Assembly: GCA_945877135.1 (NCBI GenBank)
Contig: CAMCQY010000001.1
Span: forward strand, 28,825-92,824
Direction of reading: 5' to 3'
Length of the DNA: 64,000 bases
From: Candidatus Kuenenia stuttgartensis
GTDB lineage: Bacteria; Planctomycetota; Planctomycetia; Pirellulales; UBA1268
Below the pieces are notes generated by a model, which was given only the letters and a program-made list of their open reading frames with translations, had not been told where the DNA came from and searched no databases. The position numbers and the translations under genes are program-made. Positions 53,705 through 62,881 of the stretch are shown in pieces. Each line of letters begins with the position of its first letter. Position 1 is the stretch's first letter.

Positions 53705-54472
53705 ATGGCGCGTGGGGATCGACTGCGGGTGGAACGACGGCTGGCCGGCTCGACCGTGGCGTACATGCACCACGGCATCGACGTCGGTGACGGTACGGTC
53801 GTGCATGCGCGGCCCGACGACTTTCGCAGCCCGCTGGCGGGCGGCCGTGTGGAGCGGACGAGCCTGGCGGATTTTGCCGGCGGCGGCACGGTGCTTCTGA
53901 CGACGGAACCGCCGGCCGCGTATCCGCCGGACGACGTCGTCGCGCGGGCGCTCGACCATGTCGGCAGAGAGGGCTACTGTCCGGTGGTTGACAACTGCGA
54001 GCACTTCGCGACCTGGTGTGCGACGGGTGAGCGAGCGAGTCGGCAGGTCGACATCGTGATGGCGAGGATCGGCGGTGCGGCGGTGCGGGTGCTGGCGGCG
54101 GTGTCTGCACGGCGGGTCGTTTCGGCCTCTGCGGTCGGTGCCGTCGAACGCATCGCGGTGCGAACAGCACTCGGCACCACGGTGCGGCTCGGACTGCGGA
54201 CGCTCGTGCCGGCGGCCATCGCCGGCGAGGCTGCGGCGCTGGCCGCTGAGTGGACGGCCCACCACGCCGGACGGTCTGCCGCCGACAGCCGCCGGGCCGG
54301 GGAGGCCGCCGGGCTCGCCACCTCCGCCGCGGCATGCGGCCTCGCTGGTCTTCCCGCGGGGCCGGGCGGCGTGATCGCCGGGGCGCTCGCGGGAGCCGCG
54401 GTCTGGGCGGGAGGAGGGCTGGCCACGAAGATGGCAACAGCTGCCGTCCAGCGTCAGCCGCGTTCGCGGTAG
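53705..54472 (+). CDS. LRAT/NlpC-P60 (PLAAT-like) papain-fold domain protein with Ala/Gly-rich hydrophobic C-terminus
   Basis: His box [17 protein letters not shown] and catalytic-Cys box NCEHFATWC, as in lecithin:retinol acyltransferase-like proteins. The C-terminal ~120 aa are A/G-rich and amphipathic to hydrophobic. Confidence 0.72.
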   Translation: MARGDRLRVERRLAGSTVAYMHHGIDVGDGTVVHARPDDFRSPLAGGRVERTSLADFAGGGTVLLTTEPPAAYPPDDVVARALDHVGREGYCPVVDNCEHFATWCATGERASRQVDIVMARIGGAAVRVLAAVSARRVVSASAVGAVERIAVRTALGTTVRLGLRTLVPAAIAGEAAALAAEWTAHHAGRSAADSRRAGEAAGLATSAAACGLAGLPAGPGGVIAGALAGAAVWAGGGLATKMATAAVQRQPRSR

Positions 54473-56427
54473 TCGGTAAGCGGGCCGGGAGTCCATGAGA
54501 CGCGAAGGGCGTTGAGCACCGCCACCACGTCGATCGCCTCCTGGAGCAGCGCCCCCATTGCGGGCGACAGGAAGCCTGCCGCCGCGAAGCCCATACCGAT
54601 CACGCTGGCCGCCATGCCCCCAACGGCGCTCTGCAGCGCGATCGACCGCAGCCGGCGGCCGATGTGAAGCAGTTCGTCGATGCGTTCGAGGGCCGTGTCC
54701 ATGACGACGGCACCGGCCGCTTCGCTCGTCACGTCGCTGGCTGCCCCCATCGCGATGCCAACGGTCGCCGCCGCAAGCGCCGGCGCGTCATTGATGCCAT
54801 CGCCGACAAACAGGGTTGGCGCCTCAGCCGTCGCCTCCTCCACGATCTTCAGCTTACCCTCCGGCTGGATGCCGGCATGCACCTCGGTGATGCCGACCAG
54901 ATCGGCCAGCCAGCGGACCTCGCTCTCGCGGTCACCGGAGACGAGCATCACGCGGGAGAGCCCGTGGGCTGGTTTCAAATGGCTGACAAATGGCCGGCCG
55001 TCGGCCCGCGGCGAGTCGCGGAAACGAAGCAGGGCCTCGGTCTGGCCATCCACCACCACCACGCATTCGAGGCCGCCGGCCACGGGCGGCAGTGTCGCAA
55101 TGCCGGCGGCATCGACGTTGGGGAGTTTCTGACGGCTGGTGATCGCCACCTCGTGGACGGTGGTCGCGCCGTTCAATTGTTTCACGCGGCCGACGAGCCC
55201 CTGGCCGGGCTTCTCGGCCAGGGCCTCGACCTCGAGCACACGGAGCGATTCCTTCTCGGCGGCCTGCACCACGGCGGTGGAGAGCGGGTGTTTCGAATAG
55301 GTTTCGAGGCTGGCGGCCAGCGACAGCACATCCGCCCGTGACAGCCCGCCGAGGAGCACGACATCGGTGAGGCTGGGCTCGCCGTAGGTGAGCGTGCCCG
55401 TCTTGTCGAAGATCGCGATTCGGCAGGTGTCGAGCCGTTCGAGGATGGCGGGATCGCGGATCACGATGCCATGCTTGGCGGCCAGCGACACGGCGCCAAT
55501 GATCGCCACGGGGATCGCAATCAGGAGCGGGCAGGGGGTGGCAACGACAAGCACGGCAAGAAACCGCGTGGCACTGCCGCTGAACCACCAGGCCGCCGCC
55601 GCGATCACCACGGCCACCGGCGTGTAGAGGGCGCCGAGCTTGTCTGCCATCCGCCGCAGCTGCGGCCGCTTCTCCTCACTCGAGCGGAGCACGTCCATGA
55701 TCTTGGCGTAGCGGCTGTCGCCGGCGACGCGGTCGGTGCGAATATCGAGCGCGGCCTGCCCGTTGATCGCGCCGGAGAGCACGGCCGACCCAGGGGCCTT
55801 CGCCATCCGGTAGGGCTCGCCGGTGAGGTAGCTCTCGTCCATCAACCCACGGCCCGACACCACCGTGCCGTCCACCGGGCAGATCTCGTGTGGCAACACG
55901 ACGATCAGGTCGCCCACGGCCACCTCGGAGAGAACGATATCGGTCAGTCCGGCGGCGGTCTTGCGATGGGCGAGCGTCGGCATCCGCCGGGCCAGGGCGT
56001 TGAGCACGTCGCCGGCCCGGCTGATGGCACGCGATTCGAGCGCCTCACCCCCCGAGAGCATCAGCACGACGAGCACGCCGGCGAGGTATTCACCCAGGAG
56101 AATGCTCGTGATAATCGACAGGCCGGCCAACAGGTCGGATCCAAACGTGCCGGCACAGAGCTTCTGCAGCAGATCCCAGACCAATGGCACACCCCCCGCC
56201 ACGAGCATCACCACCAGCGGCAGTTCGGCCAGCGTGAGCCCGCGGCCGGGAAACCAACGGGCAGGATCGAGCGGCCCGAGCGGCAGCGGCTCTCCGCCTC
56301 GGCCCGACCAGGTAATGAGGGCCCAGGCAGCCAGAGACAGCAGCGCCCCGACTGCGATCAATTCATTGATCGGCAGCGGACGGGCGGTCTGGGCGACCGA
56401 ATGCCGGGACGTCGTGGATGTGCTCAT
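54454..56427 (-). CDS. P1B-type heavy-metal P-type ATPase (TPCP / QExxD variant, no N-terminal metal-binding domain)
   Basis: TGEP, DKTGTLT and [12 protein letters not shown]4 has [11 protein letters not shown] in place of CPC. The last TM has [19 protein letters not shown] 56427 is chosen because upstream ORF-track sequence runs through a family-A repeat. Confidence 0.9.
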   Translation of the reverse strand: MSTSTTSRHSVAQTARPLPINELIAVGALLSLAAWALITWSGRGGEPLPLGPLDPARWFPGRGLTLAELPLVVMLVAGGVPLVWDLLQKLCAGTFGSDLLAGLSIITSILLGEYLAGVLVVLMLSGGEALESRAISRAGDVLNALARRMPTLAHRKTAAGLTDIVLSEVAVGDLIVVLPHEICPVDGTVVSGRGLMDESYLTGEPYRMAKAPGSAVLSGAINGQAALDIRTDRVAGDSRYAKIMDVLRSSEEKRPQLRRMADKLGALYTPVAVVIAAAAWWFSGSATRFLAVLVVATPCPLLIAIPVAIIGAVSLAAKHGIVIRDPAILERLDTCRIAIFDKTGTLTYGEPSLTDVVLLGGLSRADVLSLAASLETYSKHPLSTAVVQAAEKESLRVLEVEALAEKPGQGLVGRVKQLNGATTVHEVAITSRQKLPNVDAAGIATLPPVAGGLECVVVVDGQTEALLRFRDSPRADGRPFVSHLKPAHGLSRVMLVSGDRESEVRWLADLVGITEVHAGIQPEGKLKIVEEATAEAPTLFVGDGINDAPALAAATVGIAMGAASDVTSEAAGAVVMDTALERIDELLHIGRRLRSIALQSAVGGMAASVIGMGFAAAGFLSPAMGALLQEAIDVVAVLNALRVSWTPGPLTDYRERG

Positions 56428-56466
56428 GGGTTGTGTGCTGCGAGTGGACGGACCGAACAGTGGACA

Positions 56467-56539
56467 GGGCTTGCATGGAAACCAGACGGGCCTCCATGGC
56501 CCCCTCTTCATCCAAGTCCGCAGCGCAAGCAAGGGAAAT
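56467..56539. repeat. Family-A repeat locus
   Basis: GGGCTTGCATGG (56467-56478) and CATCCAAGTCCGCAGCGCAAGCAAGGGAAAT (56509-56539). Confidence 0.8.
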
Positions 56540-56582
56540 GTGGGCTGCGTCACATACTCCTCGAGAATGTCACTGTTTCGGC

Positions 56583-57158
56583 TCAGCTGTGCATGCGGGC
56601 GACCGGATCGCCCTGGGCAATGATCGCGGCTTCCTCGGCCGCGAGCCAATGAAGCCGTTCGCGGACGGTTTCCTCCGGGGCCACGTCACAGGCCAGGCGG
56701 ACATACGTGGCGTGGTGCCGGGCCTCCGATTCAAACAAGCTGCCATAGAACTCCCGCAGCTCCGCGTCGGCCACATGGTCGCGTAGGAGCGCAAACCGCT
56801 CGCAACTGCGGGCCTCGATCAGCCCGGCCACGAGGAGCCGGTCGACCGCTCTGGCCGGCTCCTCCTTGCGGACGATTGCGTGGAGCCGTTGGCCGTAGCT
56901 CGACGGCGACAGTTTTCGGAAGGGGATGCCCCGTCGTTCGAGCAGATCGAGAACGAGCTGAAAATGCGCCAGCTCCTCGTTGACGATCTCCGTCATCGCA
57001 CGGGCCAGCGGGACATGATCGACATAGGAAAAAAGCAGGTTCATCGCCACGCCTGCCGCCTTCTTTTCGCAGTGCGCGTGGTCGATGAGGATGTCGTCGA
57101 TGTGGGCATCGACCTGGGCGAGCCAGCGGGCGTCGGAGGCGGATTGCAGGCTGAGCAT
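56583..57158 (-). CDS. miaE: tRNA-(ms2io6A)-hydroxylase MiaE-family di-iron protein
   Basis: Ferritin-like four-helix pattern with [26 protein letters not shown] and ESEARHH (paired ExxH motifs), as in MiaE. Confidence 0.82.
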   Translation of the reverse strand: MLSLQSASDARWLAQVDAHIDDILIDHAHCEKKAAGVAMNLLFSYVDHVPLARAMTEIVNEELAHFQLVLDLLERRGIPFRKLSPSSYGQRLHAIVRKEEPARAVDRLLVAGLIEARSCERFALLRDHVADAELREFYGSLFESEARHHATYVRLACDVAPEETVRERLHWLAAEEAAIIAQGDPVARMHS

Positions 57159-57255
57159 GGCAGCGTGGATGGCGGGGCGGAGTGAAAGAAGGCATCATAC
57201 TGGCTGTGCCACTTCAGGACCCCGCTCCCTTGCCCAGCACGCCGGAACCAGCCGC

Positions 57256-57666
57256 ATGATCGCCTTCGACCGTCCTGCCGATGCCCACCCCGGCAAGAAA
57301 CCCGACCGCAACGTGCTCGGGCTGCCGCTGGCCCCCTGTTCCCGCGAACCGCTCACCGGGTTCTTTCGGGACGGCTGCTGCCGCACCGGGCCGGACGACG
57401 TCGGCCAACACACGGTCTGTGCCATGATGACCAAGGACTTCCTGAAGTTCACCGTCGCCGCGGGCAACGACCTGGTCACGCCGCGACCAGAGTGGGGCTT
57501 TCCCGGACTCGTCGAGGGGGATCGCTGGTGCCTCTGCGCTTCCCGCTGGTTGGAGGCGGCGCGGGAGGGGCGTGCGCCGCCGGTGGTGCTTGAGGCGACG
57601 CATGAGAAGTCGCTCGAGGTCGTGCCCTTCGAACTGCTCAAGAAGCACGCCGTGACATCCGTCTGA
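57256..57666 (+). CDS. DUF2237-family protein
   Basis: NVLGLPLAPCSREPLTGFFRDGCCRTGPDDVGQHTVCA...GDRWCLCASRW matches my recollection of the conserved Cys-rich DUF2237 pattern. ATG 57256 is chosen. Confidence 0.72.
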   Translation: MIAFDRPADAHPGKKPDRNVLGLPLAPCSREPLTGFFRDGCCRTGPDDVGQHTVCAMMTKDFLKFTVAAGNDLVTPRPEWGFPGLVEGDRWCLCASRWLEAAREGRAPPVVLEATHEKSLEVVPFELLKKHAVTSV

Positions 57667-57679
57667 GCACGTCCGCCGC

Positions 57680-58447
57680 ATGCACGTGATCCTGCCATTG
57701 GCGATCGGCCTCGTCGCCCTGCTCTATGCCTCGGTGGGCCATGCCGGGGCGACGGGCTACATCGCAGTGATGACACTCCTCGGCATGCCAGCCGCCGTGA
57801 TTCGGCCGACGGCACTATCGCTCAACGTGATCGTGGCGACGATCGCGAGCGTCCAATTTCTCCGCGCCGGGCACTTTCGCGGCCGGCTCTTCTGGCCGCT
57901 GGCCCTGGCGAGCGTGCCGTGTGCGTTTGTCGGCGGCACGATCACGCTACCCACCGTCGCGTTCGAGGCGGTGCTCGGCGGCGTACTGCTCGTGTCGGCG
58001 GTGCGAATGCTGCTCGATGCCCGCAGGGTGGCTGCCGACCACGATACGATTTCGCCGACCTTGCCTGAGAGGCCCTGGCTCGCTCCCGCGGTGCTGCGAG
58101 CACTCGGCGGCGGCGTTGGATTCTTGTCGGGGCTCACGGGGGTGGGTGGTGGCGTGTTTCTGACGCCGGCGCTGCTGGCGGTCGGTGCAGCACCGGTGAA
58201 GACCATCGCCGCCGTGACAGCGCCCTTCATTCTCGTCAATTCGCTCGCCGGCCTGGGTGGCGGCCTGCTCGCCGGTCGCCCGTTTCCGGCCGGCAGCCTG
58301 CCCGTGATCGCGGCCGCGGCGGTCGGCGGCGTGATCGGCTCGCACGTCGGCGCGTTCCGCCTGTCGGCGCGAATCCTGCGGCTGCTGATGGCGGCCGTGC
58401 TCGCATGTGCGAGCGTCAAGCTGCTGGGCGGGCCGCTTGGACTCTGA
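57680..58447 (+). CDS. TauE/SafE (DUF81) family anion exporter
   Basis: About 8 TMs with duplicated GGxxG-containing halves (GVGGGVFLTPALL) and typical size (255 aa). Confidence 0.82.
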   Translation: MHVILPLAIGLVALLYASVGHAGATGYIAVMTLLGMPAAVIRPTALSLNVIVATIASVQFLRAGHFRGRLFWPLALASVPCAFVGGTITLPTVAFEAVLGGVLLVSAVRMLLDARRVAADHDTISPTLPERPWLAPAVLRALGGGVGFLSGLTGVGGGVFLTPALLAVGAAPVKTIAAVTAPFILVNSLAGLGGGLLAGRPFPAGSLPVIAAAAVGGVIGSHVGAFRLSARILRLLMAAVLACASVKLLGGPLGL

Positions 58448-58462
58448 ACGCGCATTTCGTGA

Positions 58463-58593
58463 GGGGCTGCCCATACCCCGAGAGCCGGCGTTGCTGACCA
58501 GCGCAGGCAGGATGCCGGAGCGCAGTCAGCATCGAGTGAGCGAAGGGCATGATGCCCGGAGCGAACGTCCGGCGACGGGGCATGGACAGCCCC
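58463..58593. repeat. Family-B intergenic hairpin repeat (copy 2, 131 bp, with ~40-nt internal insertion)
   Basis: GGGGCTGCCCATACCCCGAGAGCCGGCGTTGCTGACCAGCGCAGGCAGGATGCC...GGGGCATGGACAGCCCC. The first ~58 nt are near-identical to 43791-43848. Confidence 0.85.
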
Positions 58594-58613
58594 GGCCGCT
58601 TCAGAGTTCGGGC

Positions 58614-58943
58614 TCAGTGACCGCCAGCCTTCGAAAACAGGTTGAGCACGACGACGCCGGCGACGATCAGCGACATGCCGAAGATCGCCGCGGCGTCAAG
58701 CTTCTGCCCCAGAAAGAGCCAGCCGATTGCAGCGATCAGCGTCACCCCCGCGCCGCTCCAAACCGCGTAGGCGATCCCCACCGGAATGTCCTTGAGCGTC
58801 AGCGACAGAAAGAAGAACGCCAGTCCGTAGCCGAGCACCACCATGACGCTGGGCAGGGGCTTGGTGAACCCCTGCGAAGCCCGCAAAAAGCTCGTGCCAA
58901 GCACTTCGGCCACGATCGCAATCATCAGGTACAACCAAGGCAT
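58614..58943 (-). CDS. SMR-family (EmrE/SugE-like) small multidrug/quaternary-cation transporter
   Basis: 109 aa with four TMs. The conserved membrane Glu lies in [21 protein letters not shown], and the protein also carries [14 protein letters not shown] 58943 is chosen. Confidence 0.9.
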   Translation of the reverse strand: MPWLYLMIAIVAEVLGTSFLRASQGFTKPLPSVMVVLGYGLAFFFLSLTLKDIPVGIAYAVWSGAGVTLIAAIGWLFLGQKLDAAAIFGMSLIVAGVVVLNLFSKAGGH

Positions 58944-59037
58944 CGTCGGCAGGCTCCCCACGATCACGCAGATCCCGAACACCTCTGCAACCGCCTGCTT
59001 CCTCGATTCAGCCGGCCACACCACAAAGGCACTCCCG

Positions 59038-60366
59038 ATGATACACGAGTCCCCTCGCACCGCCGCCGACGGCCGCACGCTCGACGCCATCCTTGCCAAC
59101 GCCAGTGCCGAGACACGGGCAACGATCGGCGTGCTCGGAGAAATCCTGGGACAGCAGCCGGCGTCGGCCCTGTCGCCGACCTCGTTTGCGATTCTTCATC
59201 TGGGCGTCGATGCCACGCTTCTCGCGAGCACCAAGTATTCCGGTTCCAGCACCTCGCTGGCGATCTTGGGTAACCTGCTGCGGATCGAAATGGAACGCCA
59301 CTCGGGCGGCGTCATCATCGGTTCTCCCGGCGACGGCCTGCCGCCCACCTGGTCGCAGCTCGACCTTGGGACCGATGACAAAGTCTCGGTGCCGGGACGT
59401 CTCATCACCTTCTTCCCCGCTGGCACGCTCGACTCCGAGCCTCTCTGCGTGCTCGTGGACGACCGGCATTGGAGTCGTGAATTTGCCATCCTCTCGAGTT
59501 CCGCCGGCAAGCCGGCCGCGGAGCTGGTGCTCGAGCGTTTCTGCGATCGACTCAAGACCGCGGAGAATCCGCTCCGGGGGCGGGTGCTCGAGGCCACGGT
59601 CGTCGAGGGCTGCCTGAAGCTCGGCATCACGCCGGCGCTCGCCAATCCGCGTGACAGCCTGATCCTGCCGGAAGAGGTCTGGGCGGAGGTGGACGTGTTT
59701 CTCGCCGCGGCCACGAGCCGCCGGGAGATCATGCGGCGTCTGGGACTGGGCACCAACCGCGGCATGCTCGTGGCCGGGCCGCCCGGCGTCGGCAAAACGC
59801 ACCTCGTCCGCGTGATCGCCAGTGAACTGGGCGACCGCTACACGACGATCCTCGCCGATGCCAACGCCATGCGGCACATGATCGCCGAACTCTACGCCTC
59901 GTCGGAGACGTTCGGTCCCACGCTCGTCGTGCTCGACGACATCGATCTGGTGCTGGGCCACCGCGATTCCAATGGCGACAACGGCGCCCTGGCCGACTTC
60001 CTGGCCACGCTCGATGGCGTGCTCGAACGGGAGGCGATCCTCACGATCGCCACCACGAACGACCCCAAGGCCCTCGACCCCGCCGCCCAACGGTCGTCGC
60101 GGTTCGACATGGTCGTCACCCTTCCGATGCCCGACGAGGCCTCGCGGGCCCGCATCCTCGAGCGTCATCTCGGGCCGCTCGGGCTGGCGATCGACTACGA
60201 CGCGGTGGCGCAGTCGCTGGAAGGGGCCACCGGGGCGGACGTCAAGGAAGTGGTCCGCCGCGCGGTGCTCGAATACGGCGAACACTTCACCCAGGCCCAG
60301 GTCCTCGACATCACAAAGACCGGCCGCTGGCAGGCCGCCGTCAACCGCCGGCGGTATCTGTCGTAA
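59038..60366 (+). CDS. AAA+ ATPase (classic AAA clade) with unrecognised ~210-aa N-terminal domain
   Basis: Walker [10 protein letters not shown], Walker [11 protein letters not shown], a second region of homology with arginine fingers (AAQRSSRFD), and a lid segment [17 protein letters not shown] 59038 is chosen. Confidence 0.85.
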   Translation: MIHESPRTAADGRTLDAILANASAETRATIGVLGEILGQQPASALSPTSFAILHLGVDATLLASTKYSGSSTSLAILGNLLRIEMERHSGGVIIGSPGDGLPPTWSQLDLGTDDKVSVPGRLITFFPAGTLDSEPLCVLVDDRHWSREFAILSSSAGKPAAELVLERFCDRLKTAENPLRGRVLEATVVEGCLKLGITPALANPRDSLILPEEVWAEVDVFLAAATSRREIMRRLGLGTNRGMLVAGPPGVGKTHLVRVIASELGDRYTTILADANAMRHMIAELYASSETFGPTLVVLDDIDLVLGHRDSNGDNGALADFLATLDGVLEREAILTIATTNDPKALDPAAQRSSRFDMVVTLPMPDEASRARILERHLGPLGLAIDYDAVAQSLEGATGADVKEVVRRAVLEYGEHFTQAQVLDITKTGRWQAAVNRRRYLS

Positions 60367-60396
60367 TACGGGAGGGAAATGGGGACGGGCTATGCA

Positions 60397-60566
60397 GGCC
60401 AGCCGTATTCCCTTGCTTGCGCTGCGGGCTTGGATAGAGAGCGGGCTTGAAGGCCACCCCATACCCATGCAAGCCCGAAGCGCAAGCGAGAGGAATCCGC
60501 GTTCCAGTCCACAAGGCCAGCCGTATTCCCTTGCTTGCGCTGCGGGCTTGGATAGAGAGCGGGCTT
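60397..60566. repeat. Family-A repeat locus: 52-bp unit x2 flanking an inverted arm
   Basis: GGCCAGCCGTATTCCCTTGCTTGCGCTGCGGGCTTGGATAGAGAGCGGGCTT occurs at 60397-60448 and 60515-60566. The complementary arm CATGCAAGCCCGAAGCGCAAGCGAGAGGAAT lies at 60466-60496. Confidence 0.9.
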
Positions 60567-60579
60567 TGATAGAAAGCCT

Positions 60580-60960
60580 CTACAAGGGGCTGTCGAAGGC
60601 ATTTTGAAAATGCTCGACGACCGGGCGGAAACCCGCGGCGCCGAACGTGACCGTCACCACGTCGATCCGCACCTGGCAGTCCTCCAGCCGGTGCCGGCGG
60701 ATGTAGGCGGTAGCCAGTTCGGCAATCCGCCGCTGCTTCTGAAAGCCGACGGTCTCCGCCGGATGCCCGTGGGTGGTGTCGGTCCGCGACCGCACCTCGA
60801 CGAATACAACCGTGCGGCCGTCGAGAGCGACAAGGTCGATGTCTCCGCGGAGCACCCGCTCCCGCCGGCCGACGATCCGATAGCCCAAACCGCGGAGGAA
60901 CTGCTCCGCCTCGGCCTCGCCACGGAGCCCGACCGCCTGCCTTGGATCACGCGGTTTCAT
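60580..60960 (-). CDS. yraN: YraN-family (UPF0102) endonuclease-fold protein
   Basis: GEAEAEQFLRGLGYRIVGRRERVLRGDIDLVALDGRTVVFVEVRSR is the family signature, and the gene sits downstream of rplS. Confidence 0.85.
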   Translation of the reverse strand: MKPRDPRQAVGLRGEAEAEQFLRGLGYRIVGRRERVLRGDIDLVALDGRTVVFVEVRSRTDTTHGHPAETVGFQKQRRIAELATAYIRRHRLEDCQVRIDVVTVTFGAAGFRPVVEHFQNAFDSPL

Positions 60961-60995
60961 GGCTACCGCCGGGAAACGGAGAAGGGCAGAACTCG

Positions 60996-61409
60996 TCAGG
61001 CCTTGGCCGCGGCCTTCTTGCTGGCGGCCTTCTTCGCCGTCGCCTCGGCGGCGGCCACGTCGTCACGCTTCTCGCGGAGACGGACCGACTTGCCGACACG
61101 ATCACGGAGGTAATACAGCTTGGCCCGCCGCGACACGCCCGACCGTTTCACCTCGACCTTGGCGATCTTGGGTGAGTGGATGGGAAACTTTCGCTCGACG
61201 CCCTCGCCCGCCACGATCCGACGGACGGTGAAGGTCTCCCGGCTCCCGGAGCCGCTCTTGGCGATGACCACGCCATTGAAAATCTGGACGCGTTCCTTCT
61301 CGCCTTCGAGGATGCGGGTGTGCACGTCAACGGTATCGCCGATGGCGAACTGAGGCACCTCCGACTTGAGGCTGGAGGCTTCGACTTTGGCGAGGATTTT
61401 GTGGCTCAC
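60996..61409 (-). CDS. rplS: 50S ribosomal protein L19 (with Lys/Ala-rich C-terminal tail)
   Basis: PQFAIGDTVDVHTRILEGEKERVQIFNGVVIA...FTVRRI...GVERKFPIHSP. GTG start at 61409 with AAGGAG 6 nt upstream. Confidence 0.95.
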   Translation of the reverse strand: MSHKILAKVEASSLKSEVPQFAIGDTVDVHTRILEGEKERVQIFNGVVIAKSGSGSRETFTVRRIVAGEGVERKFPIHSPKIAKVEVKRSGVSRRAKLYYLRDRVGKSVRLREKRDDVAAAEATAKKAASKKAAAKA

Positions 61410-61419
61410 GACGGCTCCT

Positions 61420-62139
61420 TTAGGAACGCTCGGGGGAAGGATTGAGGGAAAGATTGGGGAAAAGATTGGCTGGGACACGGCGACGGGTCGCATCGACGGC
61501 CTGTTCGTGCCGCCAGTTTGCGATCCGGCCATGGTCGCCCGACAACAGCACGTCGGGCACGCGCAGGCCGCGAAACTCACGCGGCCTGGTGTATTGAGGG
61601 CCCTCCACCAGGCGATCGGCGCCGGAGAAGGAATCTTGCCTGGCACTCTCCTCGTCACCCAATACGCCAGGAAGCAGGCGGGCAACCGCGTCGACGATCA
61701 CCATCGCCGCCACCTCACCGCCGGAGAGTACGTAGTCGCCGATGGAGATCTCATCGGGCTGGAGGGTTTCGCGGACACGGTCGTCGAAGCCCTCGTAGCG
61801 GCCACACACGAGCACGATCCGCTGCTTGCGGGCGAGTTCCTCGACACCAGCCTGATCGAGCCGTCTTCCGCCGGGGGTCAGCATCACCAAATGGCCAGGC
61901 GCATCGGCCTGCTGCTGCACCGCCTCGACGCACGACACGACCGGACCCGGCATGAGGAGCATGCCAGGACCACCGCCGTAGGGCCTGTCATCCACTTGCC
62001 GATGCACACCCTCGGAGAAGTCGCGGATGTTCGTCAGGCAGACATCGATCAGCCGCGCACGACGCGCCTCACCGAGCAGGCTTCCGTCGAGAAAGCCCGT
62101 GAACATCTCGGGAAACAGGGTAAGGATGTCGATGCGCAT
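61420..62139 (-). CDS. trmD: tRNA (guanine37-N1)-methyltransferase
   Basis: [23 protein letters not shown] and [14 protein letters not shown] 62139 is chosen, with an alternative GTG at 62157. Confidence 0.95.
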   Translation of the reverse strand: MRIDILTLFPEMFTGFLDGSLLGEARRARLIDVCLTNIRDFSEGVHRQVDDRPYGGGPGMLLMPGPVVSCVEAVQQQADAPGHLVMLTPGGRRLDQAGVEELARKQRIVLVCGRYEGFDDRVRETLQPDEISIGDYVLSGGEVAAMVIVDAVARLLPGVLGDEESARQDSFSGADRLVEGPQYTRPREFRGLRVPDVLLSGDHGRIANWRHEQAVDATRRRVPANLFPNLSLNPSPERS

Positions 62140-62202
62140 GGGAATGGCAGATGCCACTGGAACGGCAGGGGAGAGAAAAGCGGATGGCGTGGGCAGGCTT
62201 GG

Positions 62203-62691
62203 TCAGGCTTGCTCCGGCTGCGTTTCCCCACCAGCTTCGACAGCGGGGCTGGACGCTTCGGCCACCGGGACATCTGCAATCGATTCGGGGGCAGGTTCGG
62301 CAGGTGCCGCGGCCTCTGCAACCGGAGCGGCCGCACCCGGCACAGCCTTCGGCTCGGGCACGAACACCGGTTCACCTGCTGCCGGCACAATCCTGGGCAT
62401 GGAGAGCTTGGCGCGGGCCTGCTCCATCTCCTTGAGCCGGGTTCCATTCTTGCCGTACTTCTTCACGAGCACGCGGACGGCATCGCTCGGCTGGGCGCCA
62501 ACGCTCAGCCAGTAGGCCACTCGGTCGTTGTCGAGCAGGCAGCGGGCATCGGTGTCAGGAACGGACGTATCGTAGGTGCCGAGCACCTCGATGACGCGGC
62601 CGTCTCGCGGGCTCCGCCGGTCGGTCGCACAGATTCTGTAGAAGGCACGGTTCTTCCGGCCCATCCGCTTCATTCGAATCGCCACAGCCAC
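62203..62691 (-). CDS. rpsP: 30S ribosomal protein S16 with ~80-aa Ala/Pro/Glu-rich C-terminal extension
   Basis: AVAIRMKRMGRKNRAFYRICATDRRSPRDGRVIEVLGTYD. GTG start with GAGGAG 9 nt upstream. Confidence 0.93.
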   Translation of the reverse strand: MAVAIRMKRMGRKNRAFYRICATDRRSPRDGRVIEVLGTYDTSVPDTDARCLLDNDRVAYWLSVGAQPSDAVRVLVKKYGKNGTRLKEMEQARAKLSMPRIVPAAGEPVFVPEPKAVPGAAAPVAEAAAPAEPAPESIADVPVAEASSPAVEAGGETQPEQA

Positions 62692-62881
62692 GGTCAGAGT
62701 CTCCTCGGAAATGATTGATCGAGCCCCTTAGAGTACCCGACCGGCGCCGGAACCCAAGCCCACCTTGCAGACCCCGGTTTTTCCGGTGTTTTTGCGGTTT
62801 GGCCGGCTGTCATCGACTGGTGGACGGTGGTTCCACCCGGAGTTCTCCGGCTTCCGCCGGGGGCTTTTTGTCGAACGAGCC

